Of a stretch of 64,000 bases of DNA, positions 1-9,582 are shown piece by piece. Position 1 is the first letter of the stretch. Each line of letters begins with the position of its first letter. The position numbers and the translations under genes were made by a program. The DNA is from Candidatus Subterrananammoxibius californiae (GTDB lineage Bacteria > Planctomycetota > Brocadiia > Brocadiales > Subterrananammoxibiaceae). The stretch covers positions 8,730-72,729 of the forward strand of contig JAURAC010000010.1 of the NCBI GenBank assembly GCA_030586555.1, read 5' to 3'. The notes under the pieces are model-generated. The model was not told the origin of the DNA. It ran no database searches and saw only the letters and a list, made by a program, of their open reading frames with translations.

Positions 1-217
1 GGTTTAAGATGGTTTGTTTTATCTCATCTTCGCCTAAGCCAAACTTTTCTTTAATTTTTGGATAGTTTAAAACCTTTCTTGCCTCCTCAATCATTGTAAG
101 TGATGTTATAAGAATTAGGTCTCCTTTCTCCCAAAATTTTACAACTTTATAAGGAAATCCGCTTTTCTGAATAATACCACTTATAAGGACGTTAGTATCT
201 ATGACAACCCTATGCAC
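1..217 (-). CDS. PIN-domain toxin (VapC-like), runs off the window edge
   Basis: Manual translation from GTG at 217: MHRVVIDTNVLISGIIQKSGFPYKVVKFWEKG..., PIN DTNV motif; overlaps the antitoxin stop; absent from the ORF track. Confidence 0.85.
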   Translation of the reverse strand, partial: MHRVVIDTNVLISGIIQKSGFPYKVVKFWEKGDLILITSLTMIEEARKVLNYPKIKEKFGLGEDEIKQTILN

Positions 218-482
218 TCTGACGAACCGCCTTTATAGCATTCTCTACGGCTGTTTCAATTTCCTTTGGTGAGTAAGCCTTTGCCTTTGCTCTGATTCTG
301 TCAAAAACCTTCATGTCCTTTTCCCTCTGTTTCTTGTAGTTCTCAAACTCATCAAGTGGGATCAATACAGCCATAGGCTTTTTGCCTCTTTTGATGATGT
401 ATTCATCACCCTTGTAATATACCTTTTCAAGGATTTCTCCAAGATTGCCCCTAACCTTTAATGCCGTTAGCTCTTTTGTCAT
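210..482 (-). CDS. Phd/YefM-family antitoxin
   Basis: MTKELTALKVRGNLGEILEKV...YIIKRGKKPMAVLIP; GGAGGTG Shine-Dalgarno before ATG at 482 (ORF track start at 575 runs into a repeat). Confidence 0.85.
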   Translation of the reverse strand: MTKELTALKVRGNLGEILEKVYYKGDEYIIKRGKKPMAVLIPLDEFENYKKQREKDMKVFDRIRAKAKAYSPKEIETAVENAIKAVRQSA

Positions 483-549
483 AATCTTCACCTCCAGTAG
501 AATTATAGCAACTATGATAGTTATGTCAAATTGTTTTAACAGATGAAGA

Positions 550-593
550 GTAGTCGCAGGCTTTAGCCTGCGCAAGCTGAAGCTTGCGGCTAC
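550..593. repeat. GTAG-type REP-like palindrome doublet
   Basis: GTAGTCGCAGGCTTTAGCCTGCG...GCTTGCGGCTAC; related copies at about 13729-13784 and 19963-20017. Confidence 0.7.
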
Positions 594-595
594 AC

Positions 596-1387
596 TTACC
601 GAAGCACGTCCTGCATGCTGTAAAGTCCTGGGGGTTTTCCTGCTATGAATTTGGCGGCTCTTATGGCGCCACGAACGAATGTGTCCCGTGAGTGAGCCCT
701 GTGGTTAATCTCTATGCGTTCGCCGAGGTTGCTGAAGATTACAGTATGGTCGCCGATAGTATCTCCGAGGCGCACGGCATGAATACCAATCTGTTTGCCG
801 GGACGTTCTCCTGTAATTCCCTGCCTTCCATATACAACATCGGTTTTCATATCTCTTTTTGTTGCCTCGCAGATTCTTTCGGCAATCCTTAAGGCTGTGC
901 CGCTTGGTGCATCCTTTTTAAAGCGGTGATGGGTTTCAATAATCTCTATGTCAAATCCTTCGCCGAGTGCTTTTGAGACCTGGGTTACAATGTCAAAGAC
1001 AAGATTGACGCCGATGCTCATATTCGGGGATACAAGACAGGGGATGCTCTTAGATGCTTGCTGGAGTTTCTTATGATGGGAATCGAGTAAGCCAGTAGTG
1101 CCAATGACCATTGCCACGCCTTTTTTTACACAATTATCAATCCTTTTTTCGAGCGCTTCGGGTGAAGAGAAATCTATGAGTACATCAGCCTTGCCCTCGA
1201 TTTCGGTCGTAAGCAAGACTCCGAGATTGCCGAGACCAAGTATTGCGCCAATGTCTTTTTTTAGTGAAGGATGTCCATCCCTTTCAAGGGCAGAGACCAG
1301 TTTAAGGTCTTTATTCTCGCATACGAGTGCAACGACCCTCGAACCCATGCGTCCACATGCGCCGTTTACAGCAACTGTTATTGCCAT
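596..1387 (-). CDS. dapB: 4-hydroxy-tetrahydrodipicolinate reductase
   Basis: GACGRMG Rossmann motif, IGTTG, ETHHRFKKDAPSGTA. Confidence 0.97.
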   Translation of the reverse strand: MAITVAVNGACGRMGSRVVALVCENKDLKLVSALERDGHPSLKKDIGAILGLGNLGVLLTTEIEGKADVLIDFSSPEALEKRIDNCVKKGVAMVIGTTGLLDSHHKKLQQASKSIPCLVSPNMSIGVNLVFDIVTQVSKALGEGFDIEIIETHHRFKKDAPSGTALRIAERICEATKRDMKTDVVYGRQGITGERPGKQIGIHAVRLGDTIGDHTVIFSNLGERIEINHRAHSRDTFVRGAIRAAKFIAGKPPGLYSMQDVLR

Positions 1388-1396
1388 AGCGGATAG

Positions 1397-1433
1397 GCAG
1401 GGGCACGTGTCCGCCTGAGGCGGATGCCCCTAC
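1397..1433. repeat. REP-like palindrome with nested 15-bp TCCGCCTGAGGCGGA palindrome
   Basis: GCAGGGGCA-cgtg-TCCGCCTGAGGCGGA-TGCCCCTAC. Confidence 0.7.
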
Positions 1434-1435
1434 TA

Positions 1436-2314
1436 TTATTCTCCTTTCCGTTTTCTGAATTCCTTGCTTGCGTTGTTTAAGAAAAGTCTTTCCCTTCTGG
1501 TGAGTTTGTTTAGACCTTCCCGACTTACCTTTTCGAGTAATTCATCAACCCTTTTGCGTATGGACTCTTCTTTTCTGATTTCCTTTTCATGCTGGCGTAG
1601 TTGCCATGTTGCGATAAGCTTCACAAGCCGTGGCTCGTATCGCACAAATAGGAATCCGTAGAGAAGCCCGCCGAGATGGGCGAAATGTGCCACGTTTCCA
1701 CCACCAGGCGTAACACAGTTGAAAATGGTAATGGATGCAAATATCATTACAAGATGTTTTGCCTTCATTGGAAAGATGAAAAATATTATCGTTGCGTTAG
1801 GAAAGTACATAGCGAACGCTACTTCGATGGCGAAAATAGCGCCAGAAGCTCCAAGAATGGGACTGCGTGGAACAAAAAAGCAACTGCAAATGCCTGCAAA
1901 TAGACCTGCGGTGAGGTACATTGTGAGGAACTTCCTTGAGCCCATTGCCCTTTCTACGTCACCGCCAAACATCCAGAGTGCAAGCATGTTGAATATCAGA
2001 TGCCATGGGTCATAAAGGCTGTGGAGGAACATATATGTAATAAGCTGCCAAAGCCATAACCTTCCGAAGGCATCGGGCTGATACAGCCAGAAAAGCTTGG
2101 TAAATGGGTCTGGAGCTGGCTCATACCAGAGGCGGCTAAAGTAATTAACATCTGGATTCTGGTTGGATGAGAAGTTTAACCATTGGGAACAAACGGCGGA
2201 AAATAGAAGTTGGATTATGAAGACGCTAAGATTGATTATTATTAGAATCTTTACTAATCTGGTCCATCCACTTCCGATGGAAATGTCAAATTGTGGGCGA
2301 TAGTATCTTTTCAT
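1436..2314 (-). CDS. Rhomboid family intramembrane serine protease
   Basis: WQLITYMFLH, HLIFNM, GASG catalytic Ser, AHLGG catalytic His. Confidence 0.93.
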   Translation of the reverse strand: MKRYYRPQFDISIGSGWTRLVKILIIINLSVFIIQLLFSAVCSQWLNFSSNQNPDVNYFSRLWYEPAPDPFTKLFWLYQPDAFGRLWLWQLITYMFLHSLYDPWHLIFNMLALWMFGGDVERAMGSRKFLTMYLTAGLFAGICSCFFVPRSPILGASGAIFAIEVAFAMYFPNATIIFFIFPMKAKHLVMIFASITIFNCVTPGGGNVAHFAHLGGLLYGFLFVRYEPRLVKLIATWQLRQHEKEIRKEESIRKRVDELLEKVSREGLNKLTRRERLFLNNASKEFRKRKGE

Positions 2315-3434
2315 AATTTTCAGGCTGACAACCCCTGATTAAATCAGGGGTGACAAGCTTATAGGCTGCCACCAATCCAAAACACCCAGTTAACATCATG
2401 TCGCCGTATGGCGCTGCGAAGTAGTAATTTAATCCTTCCACCAATCTTCGCCTGGGTCCGACTACTGCGACGAATTCAAAGCCGTTATCCTCTGGACACG
2501 CTGGATCTATGACACAACCGTGACCGCCGTCATCAAAAATATCTTTATTTGTGAGGGTTCTCTGTTGTAAGCCAATGATAGATTTTTTTAGTTTTTCAGG
2601 TGTAAGAGACGAGGTGTGGTGCTCAAATAATCCCCAAATCTTTTCACCTTGAAACAGGACTGCGAGTGTGTGCTGGTTGCCAATATTGACGATGGTTAAT
2701 CCCTTATCCTTATAAGGCGCAACAACAGCGTCGAAAAGCGTACCCCAGATTGCTGCAGGACCGGTTTGCATAACTATTGCGCGCCCGTCTTGCTGGCACC
2801 CGACATCTTCTTGAACGGCTTTCATCCTTGTGAAATACGGAGGCGGTTCTTCGTATACAAGGTCTTTTAGAAGGCCACCGGATTCTATAAATTCCTTCCA
2901 GAGCTTAAATCTAAATTCTCGGTTACTGCCGTTTAAACATTCTCCGTGGTCAAGAACGGCTATTGCAAACCTTTCTGGCATCTCTACCTCAAAGCATGCC
3001 AGTGCAGTGCGCAGTCCACACAAATCAATATCAGAAAGCTCTATTTGAGTCGTATGGGGTGGTCTTGATTCTACTATTTTTACCCCAAGACTTTCTACCT
3101 CGGAGGGATTGTCACGGATTGTCTTTGCAGCGAGAGGCGTTGAATAGACATGTAGACCCTTTTGTAAATGACGTTTTATTGCACTAACGCATTTTCCTCC
3201 ACCCATTATATTACCGCAAAGGAAGATGTCCTTATATTCAGATGTAGCCCTCTCAATTTGTCCTGCAATAATGACCGTCCTGGAGGGCAATACAAGTTTA
3301 AAGCAGTTTTCTATGGGCTTACCTTCATCGTATAATAAAATATCCTGCGTTCCTGCGCCTATATCTATGGCTAATAAGCGAAATGGTTTTGTCATACTTT
3401 TTGCTATTGTATATCTAAACACGGTAAAAATCAA
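2286..3434 (-). CDS. DUF1786-like protein (actin/ASKHA fold); likely start near 3395
   Basis: LAIDIGAGTQDIL, DHG, FEHHT, GGHG and APYGDMMLTGCFGL motifs. Confidence 0.75.
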   Translation of the reverse strand: MIFTVFRYTIAKSMTKPFRLLAIDIGAGTQDILLYDEGKPIENCFKLVLPSRTVIIAGQIERATSEYKDIFLCGNIMGGGKCVSAIKRHLQKGLHVYSTPLAAKTIRDNPSEVESLGVKIVESRPPHTTQIELSDIDLCGLRTALACFEVEMPERFAIAVLDHGECLNGSNREFRFKLWKEFIESGGLLKDLVYEEPPPYFTRMKAVQEDVGCQQDGRAIVMQTGPAAIWGTLFDAVVAPYKDKGLTIVNIGNQHTLAVLFQGEKIWGLFEHHTSSLTPEKLKKSIIGLQQRTLTNKDIFDDGGHGCVIDPACPEDNGFEFVAVVGPRRRLVEGLNYYFAAPYGDMMLTGCFGLVAAYKLVTPDLIRGCQPENYEKILSPTI

Positions 3435-3495
3435 GCATTTGGTACTTGTAATTTTTTCCTTATATTATTATGATAATTGGCGTACTAATGAATAT

Positions 3496-3598
3496 CAAAA
3501 ATCAAAGACCAAAAATCAAATTGACATACCAAAATCTAAAAATTAAATTTTGATTTTGCATTGTGTTTTTGATATTGGATATTTGATTTTTGATTTTC
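3496..3598. repeat. Inverted array of degenerate heptamers (AAAATCA / TGATTTT)
   Basis: CAAAAATCAAAGACCAAAAATCAAA... followed by ...TTTGATATTGGATATTTGATTTTTGATTTT. Confidence 0.6.
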
Positions 3599-3644
3599 AA
3601 TAACGTTGAGGAATCGGGGGGGGTAGGAGTAGGTAAGAGAGCGA

Positions 3645-4961
3645 TTGATGCCTGAAGAAATTGAAGAATCAGAAGAACGAATGTTGACATTTGGTGAGCA
3701 CCTCGAGGAACTGAGGAGAAGGGTTATTGTTTCCCTCATAACTATATGCGTGTGTTTTATTCTGTGCTGGTGTGGTAGGACTTATCTTTTAGATATTGTA
3801 AAAAGGCCTCACACACTGGCAATGCAGAGGCTTCATCTGCCGACTGAGTTGAAGGTGCTGAGCTATCAAGAGGGTTTTTACTCTTATATGAAGTTATGCC
3901 TCATAGGGGCAATATTCCTGTCTTATCCGATAATTGTATATCAGGCATGGAAATTTGTCTCTGCTGGATTATATAAACAGGAGCGTATGTATGCAAAGCT
4001 CTTTACCCCGGTTTCTTTTGGTGGTTTTATATTGGGAGGGCTGTTTGGATATTTTGTTTTAATCCCGATTGGGTTACAGTTTTTGATAGGCATGCTCGGT
4101 CCAGGCATCGAGCCTGTCATTACGATGGGTCAGTATGTTAGCCTTGTATTCCTGCTGATTCTTGCCCTCGGTATAGTTTTTCAGCTTCCACTGGTAATGT
4201 TTTTTATTTCGAAGCTGGGGATTTGTCGGGCTGAGGATTTTGTAAAGTGGCGAAAGTATGCCATTCTTGTGGTATTCATTGTTGCAGCCTTTCTGACGCC
4301 GACTCCAGACCCTTTTACCCAGCTTGCCACGGCAATACCCATGCTGGGGCTTTATGAGATTGGTATCCTCATAGCAAAGCCTTCTAAAAAGAGCTTTGTC
4401 TATGTGGGCAGTTTATTAGGCATGACTGGCATTGGGGTAGGGGTGTTTTTTCTTTTATTTAATCTTTCTGCTGGAGCAACGCTTTTAAAGACAAATGAAT
4501 CTGTTTACCTGCTTCCGAGGGGTGGTTCGAATTGGAAGCCCGTTGATGAGAAAATCAAGCTGTCTATAGGAGCAACATTAAAAACAGGAGAACAAGGGAA
4601 GGCGGCAGTATTATTAAAGGATGGTAGTTTGATTATTACTAATATGAATACGAGGATTAGAATTAACAAAGGGAGGTCTCTCGGTCTTATAACTGGACAG
4701 GTACTTATAACAATAAAAAAATCTGACAAACCCTTTGAGATTGCAACGGGCAATGGTAACGTAATAACCTCGGAGGGTGAAATTGATGTAGAAGCCTCAG
4801 AGTTCATGACAACAGTTACCGTTGTCAGGGGAAGCGCTACATTATCTGCTAATAATGAGGAAAAGAAGGTGTTTGAGGGAAGGCAGGCAAAGATGACGGT
4901 GGGTGGCGAGCCTGTTGATGTAAATGACATAACGAAGTGGGCGGGAGAAATAAAGCAATGA
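3645..4961 (+). CDS. tatC: Twin-arginine translocase subunit TatC with C-terminal FecR-like domain
   Basis: EHLEELRRR, YQAWKFVSAGL, FQLP, LTPTPDP, LYEIGI; extra TM then LKTGEQGKAAVLLKDGS...TTVTVVRGSA. Confidence 0.9.
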   Translation: MMPEEIEESEERMLTFGEHLEELRRRVIVSLITICVCFILCWCGRTYLLDIVKRPHTLAMQRLHLPTELKVLSYQEGFYSYMKLCLIGAIFLSYPIIVYQAWKFVSAGLYKQERMYAKLFTPVSFGGFILGGLFGYFVLIPIGLQFLIGMLGPGIEPVITMGQYVSLVFLLILALGIVFQLPLVMFFISKLGICRAEDFVKWRKYAILVVFIVAAFLTPTPDPFTQLATAIPMLGLYEIGILIAKPSKKSFVYVGSLLGMTGIGVGVFFLLFNLSAGATLLKTNESVYLLPRGGSNWKPVDEKIKLSIGATLKTGEQGKAAVLLKDGSLIITNMNTRIRINKGRSLGLITGQVLITIKKSDKPFEIATGNGNVITSEGEIDVEASEFMTTVTVVRGSATLSANNEEKKVFEGRQAKMTVGGEPVDVNDITKWAGEIKQ

Positions 4962-5070
4962 GTGATGGGCAATGAGCGATGGGTGATGATAAGTTAGAAG
5001 TAAGAAGGGAGAGGTTAGACGAAAAAAATCGTCTTACATCTCACATCTACCGTCTTCCGTACTCATTGCT

Positions 5071-5751
5071 TTAACTTATCGGAGAAGAAAGGTATTTAGC
5101 AAGCTCTTCAAATTGTGCCTTTCTTCTTCTTGCGTAAAGGAGCGTTCTTTGATACCTCTGAAGTTTCTCTCTTTTTTTGAGTTCCTGGACTTCGATGTCT
5201 TTTGATAGCCTGGGGATTATCTCATGCTGTGCTCCTATAAAGATTATGCCTGTTTCCCCATCATTCAGGGTTTCGTTAATTCGCCTGGCTATAAATTCAT
5301 CCCTTCCTTTAAGTAATTTACCCTTTTCAAACTTGTACTTTAAGGCTGCTATTAACCGTTCAGGAGAGGATTTTGCTTGCGCTATTTTTATAACATGCCC
5401 GTATTCCTTCATTATTATAGAAAGCTCTTCTGTCTTTATTAGCTTTGCCCCTCTTTGTATTAACCTGGAGATAATCTCGTAGTTTTTACTGCCTTTACTA
5501 ACGCCATCCTGAACAATCTTCATCCCCAGTTCTCCATTTTCGACTAATCCGTCCTGATATATTTTTAAGCCGTTAGCGTCTATTGTATCAAGGTAGTTAG
5601 AAATGGAACCCCACAGGGAAGCGACAGTCTCCTTGTGCCTTTTCCAATTCTCTTCGCCGCATAACGCCGTGCCTTTCTTGTCTATACTTGCAGAAACGCT
5701 GCCCATATCGGCGCTCATGTGAATAATAGGTACGTAAAGAAGTTTTTTCAT
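5071..5751 (-). CDS. Conserved hypothetical protein at the distal end of the gas vesicle cluster
   Basis: 226-aa ORF co-directional with gvp genes; YVPIIH, YQDGL, RDEFIA...FIGAQH motifs. Confidence 0.7.
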   Translation of the reverse strand: MKKLLYVPIIHMSADMGSVSASIDKKGTALCGEENWKRHKETVASLWGSISNYLDTIDANGLKIYQDGLVENGELGMKIVQDGVSKGSKNYEIISRLIQRGAKLIKTEELSIIMKEYGHVIKIAQAKSSPERLIAALKYKFEKGKLLKGRDEFIARRINETLNDGETGIIFIGAQHEIIPRLSKDIEVQELKKREKLQRYQRTLLYARRRKAQFEELAKYLSSPIS

Positions 5752-5806
5752 ATCCTTATTTTTTTCAACGAACTTGAAGTTTGTTGCCTACCAGGATAAA
5801 CCTATC

Positions 5807-5877
5807 GGTAGACAACGATGTTTACCATCGTTGATTTTAACGTCGTTTTTCAACGGACATAAAGTCCGTTGTCTACC
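5807..5877. repeat. GGTAGACAACG REP-like doublet
   Basis: GGTAGACAACGATGTTTACCATCGTTG...CAACGGACATAAAGTCCGTTGTCTACC; overlaps the 3' end of the response regulator. Confidence 0.8.
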
Positions 5878-6527
5878 CTTTTCACCCTGGACGCTAAGGC
5901 ATGTGAAAGCTGTACCAGGGCGGTTTTATCCTGGGCAGGAACTTTCGGGTCCTCCATCCACCCTAAGGCGCAGTCCTCATCTCCGAAGCCAAATGCCCTG
6001 AGTGCTACTTCCCACATACATGGTGCAGTACCATGGCAGTGCTTTTTCTTCAATCCCCCTAATTCCCCCTTTAATAAAGGGGGATACAGGGGGATTTCTG
6101 TCGTTTTCTTTAAGTTCGTTTTTGTTTCCATCTTTTGAACAGCGCTTTTTAAAGCATCCTTAATGACCTTCTTGAGATAATCGAGGTGAAAGGGCTTAGT
6201 AATATAATCGTCGGCATCCAACATCATTGCCGTTCTTGCCGACTCTATCGTACCATAGCCTGTTAGAATGACCACCGGAAGACCATGTCTGATTGCCTTG
6301 AGTCGGCGCAGTGCATCTATCCCTCCCATTACCGGCATTATTATATCCAGCAGAACAAGGTCTGGCGCATCCTTTTTAACTACATCTATTGCTTCCTTGC
6401 CATTTTCTGCAACCAGTACATTATACCCCTCCTCAGTTAAGGTCTTCTTGAAGAGATTGCGTAGCTCTCGCTCATCGTCAACTATCAAGATACTTGGCTG
6501 GTATACGCGCTTAACTTTTTTTGTCAC
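5850..6527 (-). CDS. Response regulator (NtrC-type receiver domain plus short unknown C-terminal region)
   Basis: ILIVDDE, LVLLDIIMP, VILTGYG, DYITKPF. Confidence 0.88.
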   Translation of the reverse strand: MTKKVKRVYQPSILIVDDERELRNLFKKTLTEEGYNVLVAENGKEAIDVVKKDAPDLVLLDIIMPVMGGIDALRRLKAIRHGLPVVILTGYGTIESARTAMMLDADDYITKPFHLDYLKKVIKDALKSAVQKMETKTNLKKTTEIPLYPPLLKGELGGLKKKHCHGTAPCMWEVALRAFGFGDEDCALGWMEDPKVPAQDKTALVQLSHALASRVKRVDNGLYVR

Positions 6528-7234
6528 GTTTTTGGGCTCTCTTTTTTTGGCAAGATTATTTGTAAGATGCCGTTCTTGAAGCGCTCCTCGGTATTTTCCA
6601 AATCAACGCCGGATGGTAGAACAATTTCTTCTCTAAATTCCTGGCTGCCTTTTTTGGCAAATATGACATATTTGTCAGGCTTTATATCTATGTCAATCTC
6701 ACCCCTTTTGAAGTTACCCAGGTCTATTATTATCTGAATCTCAGAGGCTTCATCAAAGACGTCAACCATAGGTTTCTTGAATGACTTTTCGAGGCGCTTA
6801 AACTGTGGTTTTGTTGTAAAGACCCATGGCTTGATTGTCGTGCCAGAGGCAGATTCGCCGTGGCGAACTTTGTCAAGCGGAGGTCTTGAAACGGTGCCAA
6901 TAGCCAAATCGCCTGTACGACCTACGCCTGCGAGTGGAACGTTTGACGTATCGCCGCCCTCTTCGTAAGCGTTCTTGAGTTGAGCTAAAACTGCCTTGAA
7001 ATTTGCAAGAGCTTGCCCTGAACTTGTTTCAGGGATTGATGGATGAGCAATCTTTTCTCTATGTCGCGTCGAAAAGCAAGTTCGAGGGACTTGCTTTTCA
7101 GCCCCTCGCATAGTCTTAATGTATCTGAGGCGACGATACGAGATTCTTTTCCTATCGGCTTGCTGTCTTTTTGTATATTTTTTCCCTATTTCGTCATCAC
7201 TTGTCATCAATGTTTCTTCTTGTTCCTTTTTCAT
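6524..7234 (-). CDS. Hsp20/GvpH-like protein
   Basis: C-terminal alpha-crystallin-like KPMVDVFDE...EIVLP...FKNGILQIILPK. Confidence 0.7.
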   Translation of the reverse strand: MKKEQEETLMTSDDEIGKKYTKRQQADRKRISYRRLRYIKTMRGAEKQVPRTCFSTRHREKIAHPSIPETSSGQALANFKAVLAQLKNAYEEGGDTSNVPLAGVGRTGDLAIGTVSRPPLDKVRHGESASGTTIKPWVFTTKPQFKRLEKSFKKPMVDVFDEASEIQIIIDLGNFKRGEIDIDIKPDKYVIFAKKGSQEFREEIVLPSGVDLENTEERFKNGILQIILPKKESPKT

Positions 7235-7254
7235 TTCCAGTAGATGGCAAACAC

Positions 7255-7530
7255 TTAATTTTCGAGGGAAACGGATTGGTGCATTTTCATTATTATGTCA
7301 ACGGCTTGGATGCGCAGGCTTGAGATGATGTGACAATTCTTACAGTCGGTCTTTCTTTCATCATACTCTTCGCAAGACAAAAGCGGTTCTACCTCATTCA
7401 TTATCTTTTCTGCGCACTCGGCTTTACCTGCTAAGTCCTTTGTATTATTAATTTCACTGGTCAGTTCTTTGAGTACCGTTTCCTCCCCTACAAATTTTGG
7501 ACAGGTTATGCCATTAATCAATTCTTCCAC
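7255..7530 (-). CDS. Hypothetical Cys-rich protein
   Basis: 91-aa ORF with AAGGAG Shine-Dalgarno upstream, in the gvp operon. Confidence 0.6.
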   Translation of the reverse strand: MEELINGITCPKFVGEETVLKELTSEINNTKDLAGKAECAEKIMNEVEPLLSCEEYDERKTDCKNCHIISSLRIQAVDIIMKMHQSVSLEN

Positions 7531-7584
7531 TTTTTCTTCTCCTTATTATATACTTTAACTACAGATTTGCAATTGGTGAAAAGC

Positions 7585-7670
7585 GGTAGACAACGAGGTT
7601 TATTCGCCTTAGGCGGATTGAAATCAACGGACCCTCCTGAGGCGGGCAGGCATAAAGTCCGTTGTCTACC
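7585..7670. repeat. GGTAGACAACG REP-like doublet with nested CGCC-N3-GGCG type inserts
   Basis: GGTAGACAACGAGG...TTCGCCTTAGGCGGA...CATAAAGTCCGTTGTCTACC. Confidence 0.75.
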
Positions 7671-7676
7671 AGCTTC

Positions 7677-8495
7677 TCAGCCTGCCATTGAAAGACTGGT
7701 AACAAAGCTATATGGAGGCCAGGGCCCGGTAAAGCGTACATCGAAGCCTTTTTTCCTTTTAATCCTTCCGAGTTCTCGCCCTAATTCCTTTATCCTATCC
7801 TTCCTTATTAGCACGGCTATATTCATTAACATCTCTCGGTCTCCATCCTTTTTTACCTTTGCAACATATATATCCTCAACCGGCTTTCTGGCATGCGCCA
7901 GGAACTTACGATAATACTCATCAGCCTTTCTTTCTAATTCATGTTTCAATATCTTTTCTATCTTCTGGCGGTAAAAGTAAGCAACACCATCGGTTTTCGT
8001 ACTCATCTCCTGTCTTAATTTATTTATTTCCTCATTTTCTTTTACAATTGCTAAACTTAACATCCTGGATTCCCAGAAAACTTGTATCCCCAATTCTGCC
8101 TTATCCCTGAATTCCTCCAATTTTAACTTAAGTGTATCATATTTGGATTGAAGCCATTCTGTTAAATTCTCATCGGCAGTTTTTTGATTAGCAGGGGCGA
8201 CTATAACGTCAAAACTCATGGGGATAACGGTACCAACGAGGTCCCACGCAGTCTCAACTACATTACTGTGTGCCACAACCCACGCTATCACACCCGAATC
8301 CCACCCTTTATAAGGCTCTGGACAACAGTTATGCACCAGTGCGCTGATGTCTTTGTAAGATATAGCGTAGACATTGTTCTTATTGATTCCAATATTACCA
8401 AAATTGTTCTTCTTCGTTGTGGGTATAATGCAGTAGATATACCTGCAACATAAGACTTGAGTCTTTCCGCCTGAGGCGGATGAGTCTTGGGTCAT
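7677..8495 (-). CDS. gvpL: GvpL/GvpF family gas vesicle protein
   Basis: YIYCII, GNIGI, AHSNVV, VIPMSF, C-terminal FTGPWPPYSFV; L versus F assignment uncertain. Confidence 0.85.
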   Translation of the reverse strand: MTQDSSASGGKTQVLCCRYIYCIIPTTKKNNFGNIGINKNNVYAISYKDISALVHNCCPEPYKGWDSGVIAWVVAHSNVVETAWDLVGTVIPMSFDVIVAPANQKTADENLTEWLQSKYDTLKLKLEEFRDKAELGIQVFWESRMLSLAIVKENEEINKLRQEMSTKTDGVAYFYRQKIEKILKHELERKADEYYRKFLAHARKPVEDIYVAKVKKDGDREMLMNIAVLIRKDRIKELGRELGRIKRKKGFDVRFTGPWPPYSFVTSLSMAG

Positions 8496-8497
8496 AG

Positions 8498-8800
8498 TTA
8501 TTGACTCCCAATTTGAACTGGGTTTATCAATTGATTCAAAACATCATCCACTATATCATCCAGTCCACTTCTTATGTTTTGAACCGCTTCTCCCACCCCA
8601 TGTTCTTCCTTTATTTGTTCTATGGCAACATCGAGGTCCATCAGGGCACGTCCTAATCTATCTACTTCTTCCTCAGTTAGACTTTTCCCTTCTATTCTTT
8701 TAAGAGCCTGGAGCTTCAGGGCATCCCTTATTATTTCTACAAGGGCAAGCACCAACCCCAGAACACCTTGTTTAACGTTTTTTTCATCAATTTCAATCAC
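8498..8800 (-). CDS. gvpK: Gas vesicle protein GvpK
   Basis: GVLGLVLALVEIIRDALKLQALKRIEGKSLTEEEVDRLGRALM. Confidence 0.92.
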   Translation of the reverse strand: MIEIDEKNVKQGVLGLVLALVEIIRDALKLQALKRIEGKSLTEEEVDRLGRALMDLDVAIEQIKEEHGVGEAVQNIRSGLDDIVDDVLNQLINPVQIGSQ

Positions 8801-9072
8801 TTAGGAATACCCATTACCTTTTTGCGAGAAGGTAAGTCACAGGTGCGAATATCCCACTCCTTCATCATTCCGTACTTTAGCATTGTTTCCATACCAGCCA
8901 CAGCTGCCCTTAAGTTTATGCCTATCAGAGGGATTCCTGCCAGGGTTATAACTATATCTGCACTAATCACCACTCCCTTTTCGAGGACCCTATCCAACAG
9001 GTCAACTAAGGTGGCTTTCCTATCTCTGGCTTGCACTGAGCGAAGTGAACGTGTTGGTTTCATTATTTCCAT
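8797..9072 (-). CDS. gvpJ: GvpA/GvpJ family minor gas vesicle protein
   Basis: TLVDLLDRVLEKGVVISADIVITLAGIPLIGINLRAAVAGMET. Confidence 0.85.
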   Translation of the reverse strand: MEIMKPTRSLRSVQARDRKATLVDLLDRVLEKGVVISADIVITLAGIPLIGINLRAAVAGMETMLKYGMMKEWDIRTCDLPSRKKVMGIPK

Positions 9073-9095
9073 TTTTACCTCTTTTCAGCGCAAAA

Positions 9096-9482
9096 TCATT
9101 TTATTTGGGTGGAGCCAGTCTCTGCTGGCTTGGCTCCGAGTCGGGTGCTAATCCAGCCACACCATGGGCATCCTGTATCGAGTAATTTTTCTTTAGTTGC
9201 CTCCTTATTACATTGAGGACATCGTTCCAGCCCTGCTATAGCATCCTCCCATACACCAGCATCAAAATTGATTCCCGATGGAAATTCCAACCCGTATTTT
9301 GCCGCCGTGGCAAAAGAGGCTAATGCAGCCCTCATCTTAATTCCCAACAATTCAACACCAACCAAAGAGATGGTTATATCAGCATTAATCACTAAACCTT
9401 TATCGAGTATTCTATCTATGAGGTCAACGAGTGTGGCGCTCCTGTTGTATCCGTCCCTTTCAGGCTCAATTTCATAAGCCAT
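9096..9482 (-). CDS. gvpJ: GvpA/GvpJ family protein with C-terminal Zn-ribbon
   Basis: TLVDLIDRILDKGLVINADI...ASFATAAKYGL followed by CPQC...CPWC. Confidence 0.85.
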   Translation of the reverse strand: MAYEIEPERDGYNRSATLVDLIDRILDKGLVINADITISLVGVELLGIKMRAALASFATAAKYGLEFPSGINFDAGVWEDAIAGLERCPQCNKEATKEKLLDTGCPWCGWISTRLGAKPAETGSTQIK

Positions 9483-9502
9483 TTTAATAGTTCTCCTATC
9501 TC

Positions 9503-9571
9503 GGTAGACAACGAGGTGTCCTTAGCTTTAGCTACGGAACACCGAGGTTTTATCCGCCTCAGGCGGATTGA
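9503..9571. repeat. Composite GGTAGACAACG REP-like element; near-identical inverted copy at 12243-12307
   Basis: GGTAGACAACGAGGTGTCCTTAGCTTTAGCTACGGAACACCGAGGTTTTATCCGCCTCAGGCGGAT. Confidence 0.8.
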
Positions 9572-9582
9572 TTCTCTGCTTT

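Noticed and set aside
7316..7345. CKNCH (CxxCH) as a c-type heme site in the 91-aa ORF
   Set aside because: No signal peptide or TM for export to the maturation machinery; more likely a metal-binding CxxC
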